Source: Candidatus Latescibacterota bacterium (GTDB lineage Bacteria > Krumholzibacteriota > Krumholzibacteriia > WVZY01). Taken from it: a DNA stretch of 64,000 bases. Under the pieces are notes generated by a model. That model had not been told where the DNA came from and made no database searches. It worked only from the letters and a program-made list of their open reading frames with translations. The stretch is taken from NCBI GenBank assembly GCA_963791045.1, contig CAWBQK010000011.1, positions 352,635 to 416,634 of the forward strand, written 5' to 3'. Shown here in pieces: positions 44,466-53,399 of this stretch (positions within the stretch are counted from its first letter, which is position 1; each line of letters starts with the position of its first letter). The position numbers and the translations under genes were made by a program.

Positions 44466-44693
44466 ATGAGCAAGTGGAGAGATTCTGACTATTCAAACAT
44501 AGTTATCGGCGGCAACGATGATGTGGATGTGGTGATGACATCCGTCGAGGCGGCTGAGTATCTGAAGATGCACGTCAAGACCGTGTGTCGTCTCGCCAAA
44601 GAGAAAAAGATCCCGGCGAAGAAGGTGGGCAGTGAGTGGCGGTTTCTGAAGAGTGTTCTGGACAGATGGTTGACCCAAGAGGTGTTCGACTAG
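44466..44693 (+). CDS. Excisionase-family (HTH_17) DNA-binding protein
   Basis: MTSVEAAEYLKMHVKTVCRLAKEKKIPAKKVGSEWRF. Confidence 0.88.
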   Translation: MSKWRDSDYSNIVIGGNDDVDVVMTSVEAAEYLKMHVKTVCRLAKEKKIPAKKVGSEWRFLKSVLDRWLTQEVFD

Positions 44694-44776
44694 GAGATCA
44701 TGGCCTCGCGCCTTCTCCTGACCTCGGTTGATCGCATCCGTCCTTTTTGTTCAGGTCACTTTCGTCGGGAGTGCAG

Positions 44777-46567
44777 ATGGCCAAGACGGTCGTAGAAAAA
44801 GTAGACTCTCCGGATCTCGACGTAACCATATTCAAAATCAGCGGTACATTGGGATTTCACGAGAACCAGGTTCTCGTGAAATTCTTCAATGAGTGCTCCA
44901 CACGCGATATCCACAAGCTGGTCCTGGATTTCTCCGATCTCAGTTCCCTCGGCGGAGGTTGCGCGAAGATAATTCGCGAGTCGGCCGCCGCCGGCGCCGT
45001 TCAGCTGTGTATTTCGGGCGCGTCCCGAACCGTCCAGAATTTCCTGCAAAACAAAGGTACAACTTCGATTCTATTCGCCTCCGATGTCGAGAGCGGCCTC
45101 GCGGAGCTGCGTAACGCGCCGGCGCTCAACCAGGCGGCCGCGGCGCCCGAATCTCAAAGAGAAAACGGACCGGCGCCGGCGGTCCAATCTGAGCAGAAGC
45201 GGCCCGGTTCGGATGTGGCCGTTGCGGAGCCGCCCGTACAGTCGTCACCCGTTCCCGAACCAACACCGATTTGCGAGGAGACCGACCCGGATGATGTGAT
45301 GGCCCAGGTCGACGACATCCTTGTCGAAAAGCCGGAAGCGCCGAAACCCGCCGCCGATACGAGTAACCAGCAGGCGCCGTCCGCGCTTCCCCCTGGCGTT
45401 ACCATAGAGCCCGGACAAGCGACTATCAAAAACGCGGCGATACAATTTAGCGCCGAGGAAATAAAAGGTCTCAAGAAGAAACTCGTTCAGTTCAGAGCGT
45501 TGTTTTCGCTCAACAGCGAGTTCAGCAAGATCGGGGAAAAGACAAGACTTCTCGATGCGTTCCTCCTGACGACGATTGCCCAGGTTGGCGTGGAAAGCGC
45601 CGCGTTTCTCGAACTCATCGGTGACGAGTTCGTTGCGGCATGCTGGAAGGGGTTCGAAACAACTGACCCGACGGCGCTCAATATCAGTGTCAGTGAAGTC
45701 GATATGGCCCAGTGGATGCGGTCCACGGAGATATACGATCTCGCGTCGGCGCCCTTCGCCGATACTGCCCGAAAGCGAGTCGAACTTTGGGATCTTTGCT
45801 ACGCGTCTCCTTTTATTGTCCATGAAAAACTCCGCGGGATCGTTCTGCTTGGCCGGCCGATACGCCACGCGCTCGACGACGATTCCTGGGAATTCCTGAG
45901 CATGATGTTCAACCAGGTCGCAATCTCTTACGAGAACAGCTGCCGATTGGAGAAGCAGAGCGAACGGACACTCGGTCTCGTTCAATCGTTGATTTCAATG
46001 ATCGAGAGCAACACGCTTTCTCGCGGTACCACGGAAATGGTGATGGACCACGCTTACGCCATCGCCGTCAGAATGCACTATCCCGAGGAAAACCTCCGCG
46101 ACCTGCTCTACGGTGTTGTCTTGAGGGATATCGGAATGATCAACACGAGCGATCTTATCCTGCGATCTCCCCGCGAGCTCGAACAGGAAGAATGGGATGT
46201 CATTAAACGGCACCCCTCTGAGGGCGCGGAGATGCTCATCAATATGGGGTTCTCGGCGCACACGCGTCAGATCGTTCTCTATCATCATGAACGGTACAAC
46301 GGCGAGGGTTACCCGGAGGCGCTCTCGGGTGCCCGGATCCCGCTTGGCGCCAGAATATTGTCGGTTGTGGAAAGCTATGCGGCGATGCTCCAGGACAGGC
46401 CGACACGTGCCGCGCTTCCTCCCGAGGAAGCTCTTAATACGTTAAAAGACAACTGGGGTATCAGATATGATCCCGAAGTGATCGAGGTTTTTGCCGAAGT
46501 TGTTGAAGATGAAATTCGAACGGGGAAGAGGCAGAAATACAAAGGCCTCGACCTTATTAGAAGCTGA
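44777..46567 (+). CDS. STAS - linker - GAF - degenerate HD-GYP protein
   Basis: LVLDFSDL (STAS); LRGIVLLG (GAF); RDIG in place of HDIG; HHERYNGEGYP retained. Confidence 0.85.
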   Translation: MAKTVVEKVDSPDLDVTIFKISGTLGFHENQVLVKFFNECSTRDIHKLVLDFSDLSSLGGGCAKIIRESAAAGAVQLCISGASRTVQNFLQNKGTTSILFASDVESGLAELRNAPALNQAAAAPESQRENGPAPAVQSEQKRPGSDVAVAEPPVQSSPVPEPTPICEETDPDDVMAQVDDILVEKPEAPKPAADTSNQQAPSALPPGVTIEPGQATIKNAAIQFSAEEIKGLKKKLVQFRALFSLNSEFSKIGEKTRLLDAFLLTTIAQVGVESAAFLELIGDEFVAACWKGFETTDPTALNISVSEVDMAQWMRSTEIYDLASAPFADTARKRVELWDLCYASPFIVHEKLRGIVLLGRPIRHALDDDSWEFLSMMFNQVAISYENSCRLEKQSERTLGLVQSLISMIESNTLSRGTTEMVMDHAYAIAVRMHYPEENLRDLLYGVVLRDIGMINTSDLILRSPRELEQEEWDVIKRHPSEGAEMLINMGFSAHTRQIVLYHHERYNGEGYPEALSGARIPLGARILSVVESYAAMLQDRPTRAALPPEEALNTLKDNWGIRYDPEVIEVFAEVVEDEIRTGKRQKYKGLDLIRS

Positions 46568-46578
46568 GGAATTGACGG

Positions 46579-48153
46579 ATGACCGGAAACATTCTCATCG
46601 TTGACGATGACTTCAAGGTCCTTGAGATTCTCGAGAAGAGTCTGAGCAAAAAAGGGCACGAGGTTTCCACGGCGAATGACGGGGCCAGCGCACTCGAATC
46701 ATACGAGGTGACATCTCCCGACATCGTCGTTCTGGATCTCATGCTTCCCGACATGGATGGCAGGGAAGTTCTGAGAGCGATGCGCAACAGGCCAGGCGGT
46801 GAAAACGTCTCCGTTCTTATCCTTTCGGCAAACTCGGACAAAGATACGCGTATCGACACGATATCCGAAGGCGCCGACGACTTTCTAACGAAACCGTTTT
46901 GTTTAAGGGAACTCAATACAAAGATCGATAGGGTGCTTGGCCGTGCGGCGAAGACGCGCGCGTTCGAGAAAACTCAGGCCCTGCTGGAAGGCAAGATAGA
47001 CGAGCAGGATAAAAGCGCCGTGCTCGCAAACCGGGAACTCAAAAAACAGATTCTGTCGATGAAAACGCTTTTTGCCGTCAGTCAGGATCTCAACCGTCGC
47101 TTCGATATCGAGGAACTCATTAACGGGATGGCATTGTCGCTCATGGGCGAGTTGCAGGTGTCGAGTATGGCGTTCTTCGATCTCAAAGATGACTTGGATG
47201 AGTTCTTTGCCATTCAGGAAGTGAAGGGTTTTGATAAAAGGCGGATCGATGATCTGAAAATACGACGGGACAGCGATATCGCCCGGTGGGTCATGGTGAC
47301 CAACCGGCCCCGGAAGTTGGCGAGAAACGGCAGTGGGAAATGGTCCCGCCGTCTCCCCGACATTCGTCTCGCCGTCTTTGAGTATGTGACCCCGGTTGTC
47401 GTCAAACAGGAACTCCGTGGGCTGGTTTTTACAGGTCCCAAGCTCAATGGCAACGAGTACAAGCCCTTCGAGATCGATCTTCTCGCGTCGTTGTGCAACT
47501 CGGCGGGGACCGCGATGGAGCATGCGCGGCTTTTCCAGCAGCTCGAAAACACGTATCTCTCCACGGTCAAAGCATTGATGTCCATTGTCGAAGCAAAAGA
47601 CGCGTATACGAAGGGGCACACGGAACGTGTCGCCGACTATGCCGTCGCACTGGGCAAGAAAATGGAGCTGGGCCGGAAAGAACTCCGCGACCTCGCCTTT
47701 GCCGCGGTTCTCCACGACATCGGCAAGCTGGTGGTGTTCGAACGCGTTCTCAACAAGCCCGGCGCTCTCGATGACGAGGAGTGGGAGATATTGAAGAGTC
47801 ATCCCGAAATCGGCGCCTCGATCATCGAGAACATGGAATTCCTGGCGGACGCAGTTCCGTTCGTCCGGCACCATCACGAACGATATGATGGGAACGGGTA
47901 TCCCAACGGGTTGACGGGTGAAGAAATCCCGTTCGGCGCCCGTATCATCACCGTGGCGGATGCGTTTGACGCTATGACCACGGACCGTTCGTACCGCAAA
48001 GCCCTCTCTCGCGAGATTGCGCTCAACACCATGATCGCAAAGGCGGGGTCCCAGTTCGATCCCAAGGCGATGGAGGCGTTCATGGAACTTATCGAAATCG
48101 ACGACTTTCACCCGCGTCAAAACGGCGACTCTGCTTCGCACGATCTTCTGTAA
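46579..48153 (+). CDS. REC-GAF-HD-GYP cyclic-dinucleotide phosphodiesterase (RpfG-like)
   Basis: IVDDD, VLDLMLP, TKP; YTKGHTERV, LHDIGK, HHERYDGNGYP, VADAFDAM. Confidence 0.92.
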   Translation: MTGNILIVDDDFKVLEILEKSLSKKGHEVSTANDGASALESYEVTSPDIVVLDLMLPDMDGREVLRAMRNRPGGENVSVLILSANSDKDTRIDTISEGADDFLTKPFCLRELNTKIDRVLGRAAKTRAFEKTQALLEGKIDEQDKSAVLANRELKKQILSMKTLFAVSQDLNRRFDIEELINGMALSLMGELQVSSMAFFDLKDDLDEFFAIQEVKGFDKRRIDDLKIRRDSDIARWVMVTNRPRKLARNGSGKWSRRLPDIRLAVFEYVTPVVVKQELRGLVFTGPKLNGNEYKPFEIDLLASLCNSAGTAMEHARLFQQLENTYLSTVKALMSIVEAKDAYTKGHTERVADYAVALGKKMELGRKELRDLAFAAVLHDIGKLVVFERVLNKPGALDDEEWEILKSHPEIGASIIENMEFLADAVPFVRHHHERYDGNGYPNGLTGEEIPFGARIITVADAFDAMTTDRSYRKALSREIALNTMIAKAGSQFDPKAMEAFMELIEIDDFHPRQNGDSASHDLL

Positions 48154-48319
48154 ACCCCATTTCCATCACTTCGTTTTCGTAAGCGGTTCTCGCGCAAGGC
48201 ACTCGGGCAGATTTTGTATCGCCTGTCTTTGACCGCGTGTGAATTACGTTGACGTTTCGTTCTTTCCCGGCGCGTTGATATTTTTTGACGTCGTTGGCTG
48301 GCAGGTGTATCGCCACTAA

Positions 48320-48332
48320 AATCAATGAGTTA
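48320..48332 (+). promoter_or_regulatory. IHF binding site
   Basis: AATCAAtgagTTA matches WATCAANNNNTTR. Confidence 0.65.
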
Positions 48333-48366
48333 TATTTGGGGTCCATGTGTAACGTCCCTCGGTGTG

Positions 48367-48381
48367 TGGCATCCGTTTTGC
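48367..48381 (+). promoter_or_regulatory. Sigma-54 promoter
   Basis: TGGCAT-CCGTT-TTGC. Confidence 0.75.
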
Positions 48382-48391
48382 CTTAGAGAGT

Positions 48392-48620
48392 CTCAGACAA
48401 CCGCTACGTAGAGAGATGGGAGGCGGATGGATGTGTTGTGACGGGTGATGGGTGGCGAGAGCGGCATCCATGATGCTTCTCATCTCTGGTTTTTAAAGAG
48501 GGAGTGACGCGGGGTTCGGGACGGGAGGAACCGGATTCAGGACGGAGCGAAGTAGCCGGGCTGGCAGCTGTGCCAAAAGCATCTTCAGGGAGTCGGGCCG
48601 CTTCGGCTCCCTCTTTTTTT
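48392..48620 (+). ncRNA. Candidate GGA-rich (CsrB/Rsm-like) small RNA
   Basis: No ORF; about 11 GGA motifs; hairpins; ends in agggagtcg...cggctccct-cttttttt terminator. Confidence 0.6.
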
Positions 48621-48718
48621 GTGCCCGACCGTCTCTGTTTATAACAAGAGGTATTAGTTACAAAACAACATAATAATATGTATAATGAGTATAAAAAATA
48701 TCATTACAAGCGCATCAC

Positions 48719-48747
48719 TTGACACCTATGAATTCGTGGTATATAAT
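48719..48747 (+). promoter_or_regulatory. Consensus sigma-70 promoter of hipBA
   Basis: TTGACA-17-TATAAT in AT-rich DNA. Confidence 0.75.
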
Positions 48748-48807
48748 GTTATAGAAAAGTGCCAAAGAAGCTATAAATAGCTTATAACGTAAGTAAAAAG
48801 GTGCATT

Positions 48808-49140
48808 ATGGACTATATAGGAATGAGTGATCGGGCGATTCTCCGGGAGATCGGGCTGAGGATTCGGCGCCGCCGACTCGACAAAAACCTGACCCAACAG
48901 GAGTTGGCGGACAGGGCGGGTTTGAGCCGGAAGACCGTGAGTGATCTCGAACGAGAGGCGGGCGTCGGTCTGTTGACCCTCGTCCAGGTGCTTCGCGCGC
49001 TCGGAGAGCTGGACGAACTCGATGGGTTTCTGCCCGACCAGGGACCCAGCCCTCTCCAGCTCGCCAAACTGAAAGGGCGAGTTCGTCAACGCGCGTCCCG
49101 CCGGTCGACCGGCGACAAGAAGGAGGAATCCGATTGGTAG
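48808..49140 (+). CDS. hipB: XRE-HTH antitoxin (HipB-like)
   Basis: LTQQELADRAGLSRKTVSDLE; SPLQLAK...RQRA; overlaps hipA. Confidence 0.85.
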   Translation: MDYIGMSDRAILREIGLRIRRRRLDKNLTQQELADRAGLSRKTVSDLEREAGVGLLTLVQVLRALGELDELDGFLPDQGPSPLQLAKLKGRVRQRASRRSTGDKKEESDW

Positions 49141-50447
49141 CCGCGGCAGATGGAGTCGAGACCGCATTCGTGAAAATGTGGGGAATCCTTGTCGGGGCCG
49201 TAGCCTGGGACGATGAACGCGGGTTCGCCTGGTTCGAATTCGATCGGGATTTTCTCGACCGAGGGGTTGATCTCTCACCGCTTCAGATGCCTATTGCCGA
49301 AGCGCGTGAAGGGAACGCGACGTTTGAATTTCGTACGCTGCCGGTCAGCACATACCGGGGCCTCCCGGGAATGTTGGCCGACGCGCTGCCCGATCGATTC
49401 GGCGACCGGATCATCAACCGCTGGCTCGCCCGCCAGGGGCGGTCCCCCGAAGATTTTTCTTCTGTAGAACGGCTTTGTTATACGGGCAAACGCGCCCTCG
49501 GCGCCCTCGAATTCTTCCCCGCCATCCATGACGCGATTGATGAATCGGTTCCCGTGGAAATCGTTGAACTCGTTGATCTCGCGCAAACGGTCGTCGATGA
49601 ACGCGCTCAACTCGATACAACTTTCAAAGGCAATACCGCGGGCGCTCTGATTGATATTATCCGTGTGGGGACGTCGGCCGGTGGTGCGCGCCCAAAGGCC
49701 GTGATCGCACTCAAGGACGCGACCGGAGAAGTGCGAAGCGGTCAGGTCGCCGCTCCTCCCGGATTCGATCATTGGATTCTAAAATTTGACGGCGTCACGG
49801 ACAACACGTTGGGAGATTCCGCGGGGTACGGCCGGATAGAGTACGCCTACCACAAAATGGCAATCGACGCCGGCATCCATATGACGGAGTGCCGTCTACT
49901 CGAAGAGAACGGGCGCGCGCATTTTATGACCCGGCGCTTCGATCGCGTTGCGGGCAACGAGAGGCTCCATGTGCAGACGCTTTGCGCCATGGCCCATTTT
50001 GATTTCAACGATCCCGGCGCGTATTCTTACGAACAGGCGTTCCAGGTGATGCGACGGTTACAACTCCCCTACGAAGACGCCGAACAACAGTTCCGGCGGA
50101 TGGTGTTCAACGTCGCCGCACGGAACCAGGACGATCACACCAAGAACATTTCGTTCCTTATTGACCGAAGCGGCGAGTGGCGGCTTTCTCCCGCATATGA
50201 CGTGGTCTATGCTTACAACCCCGGTGGGGAGTGGACGAGTAGACACCAGATGTCGATAAACCGAAAACGTGACGGAATCAACAGGGCTGATCTTCTGCTC
50301 GTTGGCGCGGAGATGAGTATCAAGCATTGCGACACGGTCATCGATGAAATCGTCGAGGCAGTTTCCCGATGGCCTGAGTATGCGGAGGCCGCCGGTGTCG
50401 CCGCCTCGAAGATAGCTTCGATTGGCGAGCATCACAGGATGCTGTAA
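49134..50447 (+). CDS. hipA: HipA family Ser/Thr kinase toxin
   Basis: DALPDRFG, SAGGARPK, WILKFD, RRFDR, NQDDHTKN, LSPAYD. Confidence 0.95.
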   Translation: MVAAADGVETAFVKMWGILVGAVAWDDERGFAWFEFDRDFLDRGVDLSPLQMPIAEAREGNATFEFRTLPVSTYRGLPGMLADALPDRFGDRIINRWLARQGRSPEDFSSVERLCYTGKRALGALEFFPAIHDAIDESVPVEIVELVDLAQTVVDERAQLDTTFKGNTAGALIDIIRVGTSAGGARPKAVIALKDATGEVRSGQVAAPPGFDHWILKFDGVTDNTLGDSAGYGRIEYAYHKMAIDAGIHMTECRLLEENGRAHFMTRRFDRVAGNERLHVQTLCAMAHFDFNDPGAYSYEQAFQVMRRLQLPYEDAEQQFRRMVFNVAARNQDDHTKNISFLIDRSGEWRLSPAYDVVYAYNPGGEWTSRHQMSINRKRDGINRADLLLVGAEMSIKHCDTVIDEIVEAVSRWPEYAEAAGVAASKIASIGEHHRML

Positions 50448-50810
50448 TAGCGAATTGCATGGTGCGCACGCTACTGCGCAAAACCATGATTTCAATGGAG
50501 ATAGACGTCGTCACAATTCAAGCCCGGGATTTTCCATTATTTTCCGCTTTTTCTTTGAAATAAGTTACGGGTTAACTGCGCAAAGACGTGTAATATGTAG
50601 GAAGGCTACGAGCCGTGACCGTCTGCGTGATGCCCGCCGTGCGTATCCATGATTCGGCGAGTCTTCAACGGCGATGGGGTGAGTTTGGCTGTAACATTGA
50701 CAGCAGGTGGAGCCGTAGATAGAAGAAGTCGATTGTTTGGAAGATAAGGTGGATAAGCAATCAATGCCGCTCCTTGTGTTTATGATATCCAGCACAAAGA
50801 ATTTTGTTTT

Positions 50811-52067
50811 ATGAACGAACGCCGGGTTGTCATAACGGGCCTTGGTGCCGTAACACCGATTGGTGTGGGTGTGGAGGATTTTCGTGAAGGGCTGAAAGCG
50901 GGTCGAAACGGCGTGGCGAGAGTGACTCATTTCGATCCGTCGGAGTATCGTTCAAAGCTCGCCGGCGAGGTGAAGGATTTTCAACCGGACGAGTGGATCG
51001 ATAAGAAATCAATCAAGCGAATGGATCGGTTCACACAGTTTGGTTTGGCCGCATCAGCGATGGCGTTCGACGACGCCGGGTTGGGATCTTTCTCTTTTGA
51101 CAATAACAGGGCGGGTGTCATAATTGGTTCCGGAATAGGCGGCTCGCAGTCGATTGAAGATGGGCACGCCCGGCTCGACGAAAAAGGCCCCGGCGGTCTG
51201 AATCCGTTCCTCGTGTCCATGCTGCTTATCAATATGGCAGCGTGTATGGTTTCGATTAGATATGGTTTGAAAGGTCCCCTGTCCGCTCTCTCCGTTGCCT
51301 GTTCCACAGGATCAAACGCTATCGGCGACGCGTTTCGCATTCTGCAGAGAGGAGATGCCGACATCATGCTGGCGGGAAGTTCCGAGGCATGCATAACTCC
51401 CCTGGCGTACGGTGGTTTTTGCGCCACGCGATCCATGACTCCGAACGATTGTGCCGACAACGCCAGCCGGCCGTTTGACAAGAACAGAGATGGTTTTGTG
51501 ATGGGGGAAGGGGCCGGAATTGTTATATTAGAAGAACTGGGACATGCGCTCAAACGCGACGCCAGGATTTATGCCGAGCTCGCGGGGTACGGCAATACCG
51601 CTGATGCGTATCACTTTACGGCCCCCGAACCCGAGGGCGACGGCATGTTCCGGGTTATGATTGCAGCGCTGAAAGACGCGGGAATGGATCCCGGCCGGAT
51701 TGATTATATCAATGCGCACGGCACGTCCACAGTCTTGAACGACAAATGTGAAAGCGCGGCGATCAAAAAGGTATTCGGCGACCATACAAAAAGCTTGAAG
51801 GTCAGTTCGGTAAAGTCAATGATTGGTCATCTGATGGCAGCGGCGGGTTCAGTGGAGTTCGTGGCGATGGCACTGAGTTTGTTTGACGGTCTGATTCCGC
51901 CAACCATAAACCATAAAGAACCTGATCCCGACTGCTCTCTTGACTTTGTTTCCAATGGCGCTGAATCTCTCGATGTCAAAGCAGCAATGAGCAATTCATT
52001 TGGTTTCGGCGGGGGCAACGCATGCCTCATTATTAAAAAATACGGAGACGTAAGTGAACATTCCTAA
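50811..52067 (+). CDS. fabF: 3-oxoacyl-ACP synthase II
   Basis: RRVVITGLG, ACSTG, NAHGTST, GHLMAAAG, SNSFGFGG. Confidence 0.95.
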   Translation: MNERRVVITGLGAVTPIGVGVEDFREGLKAGRNGVARVTHFDPSEYRSKLAGEVKDFQPDEWIDKKSIKRMDRFTQFGLAASAMAFDDAGLGSFSFDNNRAGVIIGSGIGGSQSIEDGHARLDEKGPGGLNPFLVSMLLINMAACMVSIRYGLKGPLSALSVACSTGSNAIGDAFRILQRGDADIMLAGSSEACITPLAYGGFCATRSMTPNDCADNASRPFDKNRDGFVMGEGAGIVILEELGHALKRDARIYAELAGYGNTADAYHFTAPEPEGDGMFRVMIAALKDAGMDPGRIDYINAHGTSTVLNDKCESAAIKKVFGDHTKSLKVSSVKSMIGHLMAAAGSVEFVAMALSLFDGLIPPTINHKEPDPDCSLDFVSNGAESLDVKAAMSNSFGFGGGNACLIIKKYGDVSEHS

Positions 52068-53139
52068 ACTTCAGATTGGAAGTTTGATCGCAGATGTGCC
52101 GATCGTTCAGGGCGGCATGGGTGTGAGGGTTTCTCTATCTTCATTGGCATCGGCTGTTGCGAATGAGGGTGGCATCGGCACGATTTCCAGTATTGGTTTG
52201 GGGGATCCCAAAGCCTCGGAAGGCGCCTACGAGAAAACTTCCCGAGACGCATTGATAGAAGAGATCCAGAAAGCGAAGACTCTGACCAAAGGCCACCTCG
52301 CGATAAACATAATGGGTGTGCTCAGCAACGCGGACGATCTTATCAAGACATCCGTTCGAGAAGGGATCAAGATGATCGTATACGGTGCCGGGCTGCCAAC
52401 AAAGCTGCCGGCGCTGGTCGAGGATCCCGGTGTGAGCCTCGTACCAATCATCAGTTCCGCCAGGGTCGCCCAACTCATCCTTCGAACCTGGGACAAGCGG
52501 TATGAGAGAGTCCCCGAAGGCTTGATTCTGGAAGGCCCGCTGGCCGGAGGGCATCTTGGTTTTTCGGAGGAACAGCTGGAGCATCCTGCGGATTTCGCCC
52601 TCGAGAAACTTTTGCCGGAAGTTCTTGAAGCTATCAAACCTTTCGAAGACAAACACGGCAAAAAGATCCCAGTCGTCGCCGCGGGCGGTATTTTTGACGG
52701 CGAAGATATCGCGCGAGTGCTTTCCCTGGGCGCATCGGGTGTTCAAATGGGAACCCGATTCGTTTGCACCGAAGAATGCGGTGTGTCTCCGGAATTCAAG
52801 CAGGCGTATCTGGACGCCAGAGAAGAGGACATCGTTATCATCAAGAGCCCCGTGGGTATGCCGGGACGGGCGATAAATAACGAGTTCTTGAAAGACCTCG
52901 AAGTCAAAGGAAAAATGAAAATAAGTTGTCCTTACAGATGTCTCACTGCTTGTCAAATCAAGACGGCGAGATATTGCATCGCGAACTCTCTATTGAACTC
53001 TTATCTGGGCGATGTGGCCCACGGTCTTATTTTCTGCGGGCAGAACGCGCACCGTATAAGTAAAATCATTTCCGTCAAGGAGCTTATCCAGGAGCTTCTA
53101 TCCGGCCTCAAGAACGCACGCGAGAGCTTCGCCGTGTAA
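52054..53139 (+). CDS. Nitronate monooxygenase-family flavoprotein, FabX/UfaA-like
   Basis: PIVQGGMGV, EGPLAGGHLG, GVQMGTRF, SPVGMPGRA, CxxxCxxxC-x7-C Cys cluster. Confidence 0.85.
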   Translation: MNIPKLQIGSLIADVPIVQGGMGVRVSLSSLASAVANEGGIGTISSIGLGDPKASEGAYEKTSRDALIEEIQKAKTLTKGHLAINIMGVLSNADDLIKTSVREGIKMIVYGAGLPTKLPALVEDPGVSLVPIISSARVAQLILRTWDKRYERVPEGLILEGPLAGGHLGFSEEQLEHPADFALEKLLPEVLEAIKPFEDKHGKKIPVVAAGGIFDGEDIARVLSLGASGVQMGTRFVCTEECGVSPEFKQAYLDAREEDIVIIKSPVGMPGRAINNEFLKDLEVKGKMKISCPYRCLTACQIKTARYCIANSLLNSYLGDVAHGLIFCGQNAHRISKIISVKELIQELLSGLKNARESFAV

Positions 53140-53221
53140 TACGCGGCGGGGCGCCCACCGATAGGGATTGAACGGATCAGTCGTCTGACCCGTGTCTTTC
53201 CCCAAAATCCAATCTCCGTCC

Positions 53222-53239
53222 AATTGACGATTGTCAATT
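53222..53239. promoter_or_regulatory. Palindromic operator TTGAC-N4-GTCAA
   Basis: AATTGAC-gatt-GTCAATT. Confidence 0.45.
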
Positions 53240-53399
53240 TTTGACTGCATTTCTTCTTGTTGCTTTTGCCGCACTCTGCCTAATATCTTTCCGGAATTCA
53301 GCAACTTACGCTTTTGCGCGCCGTGGCTGTAATTAGCCGGCCAAAGCAGACGGGGGAATCCCCGAAGGGCGAATCGACACAATCGACCGGGAAGGCCAA

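Noticed and set aside
44466-44693. Prophage or ICE marked by an excisionase
   Set aside because: No integrase, att repeats or phage genes nearby
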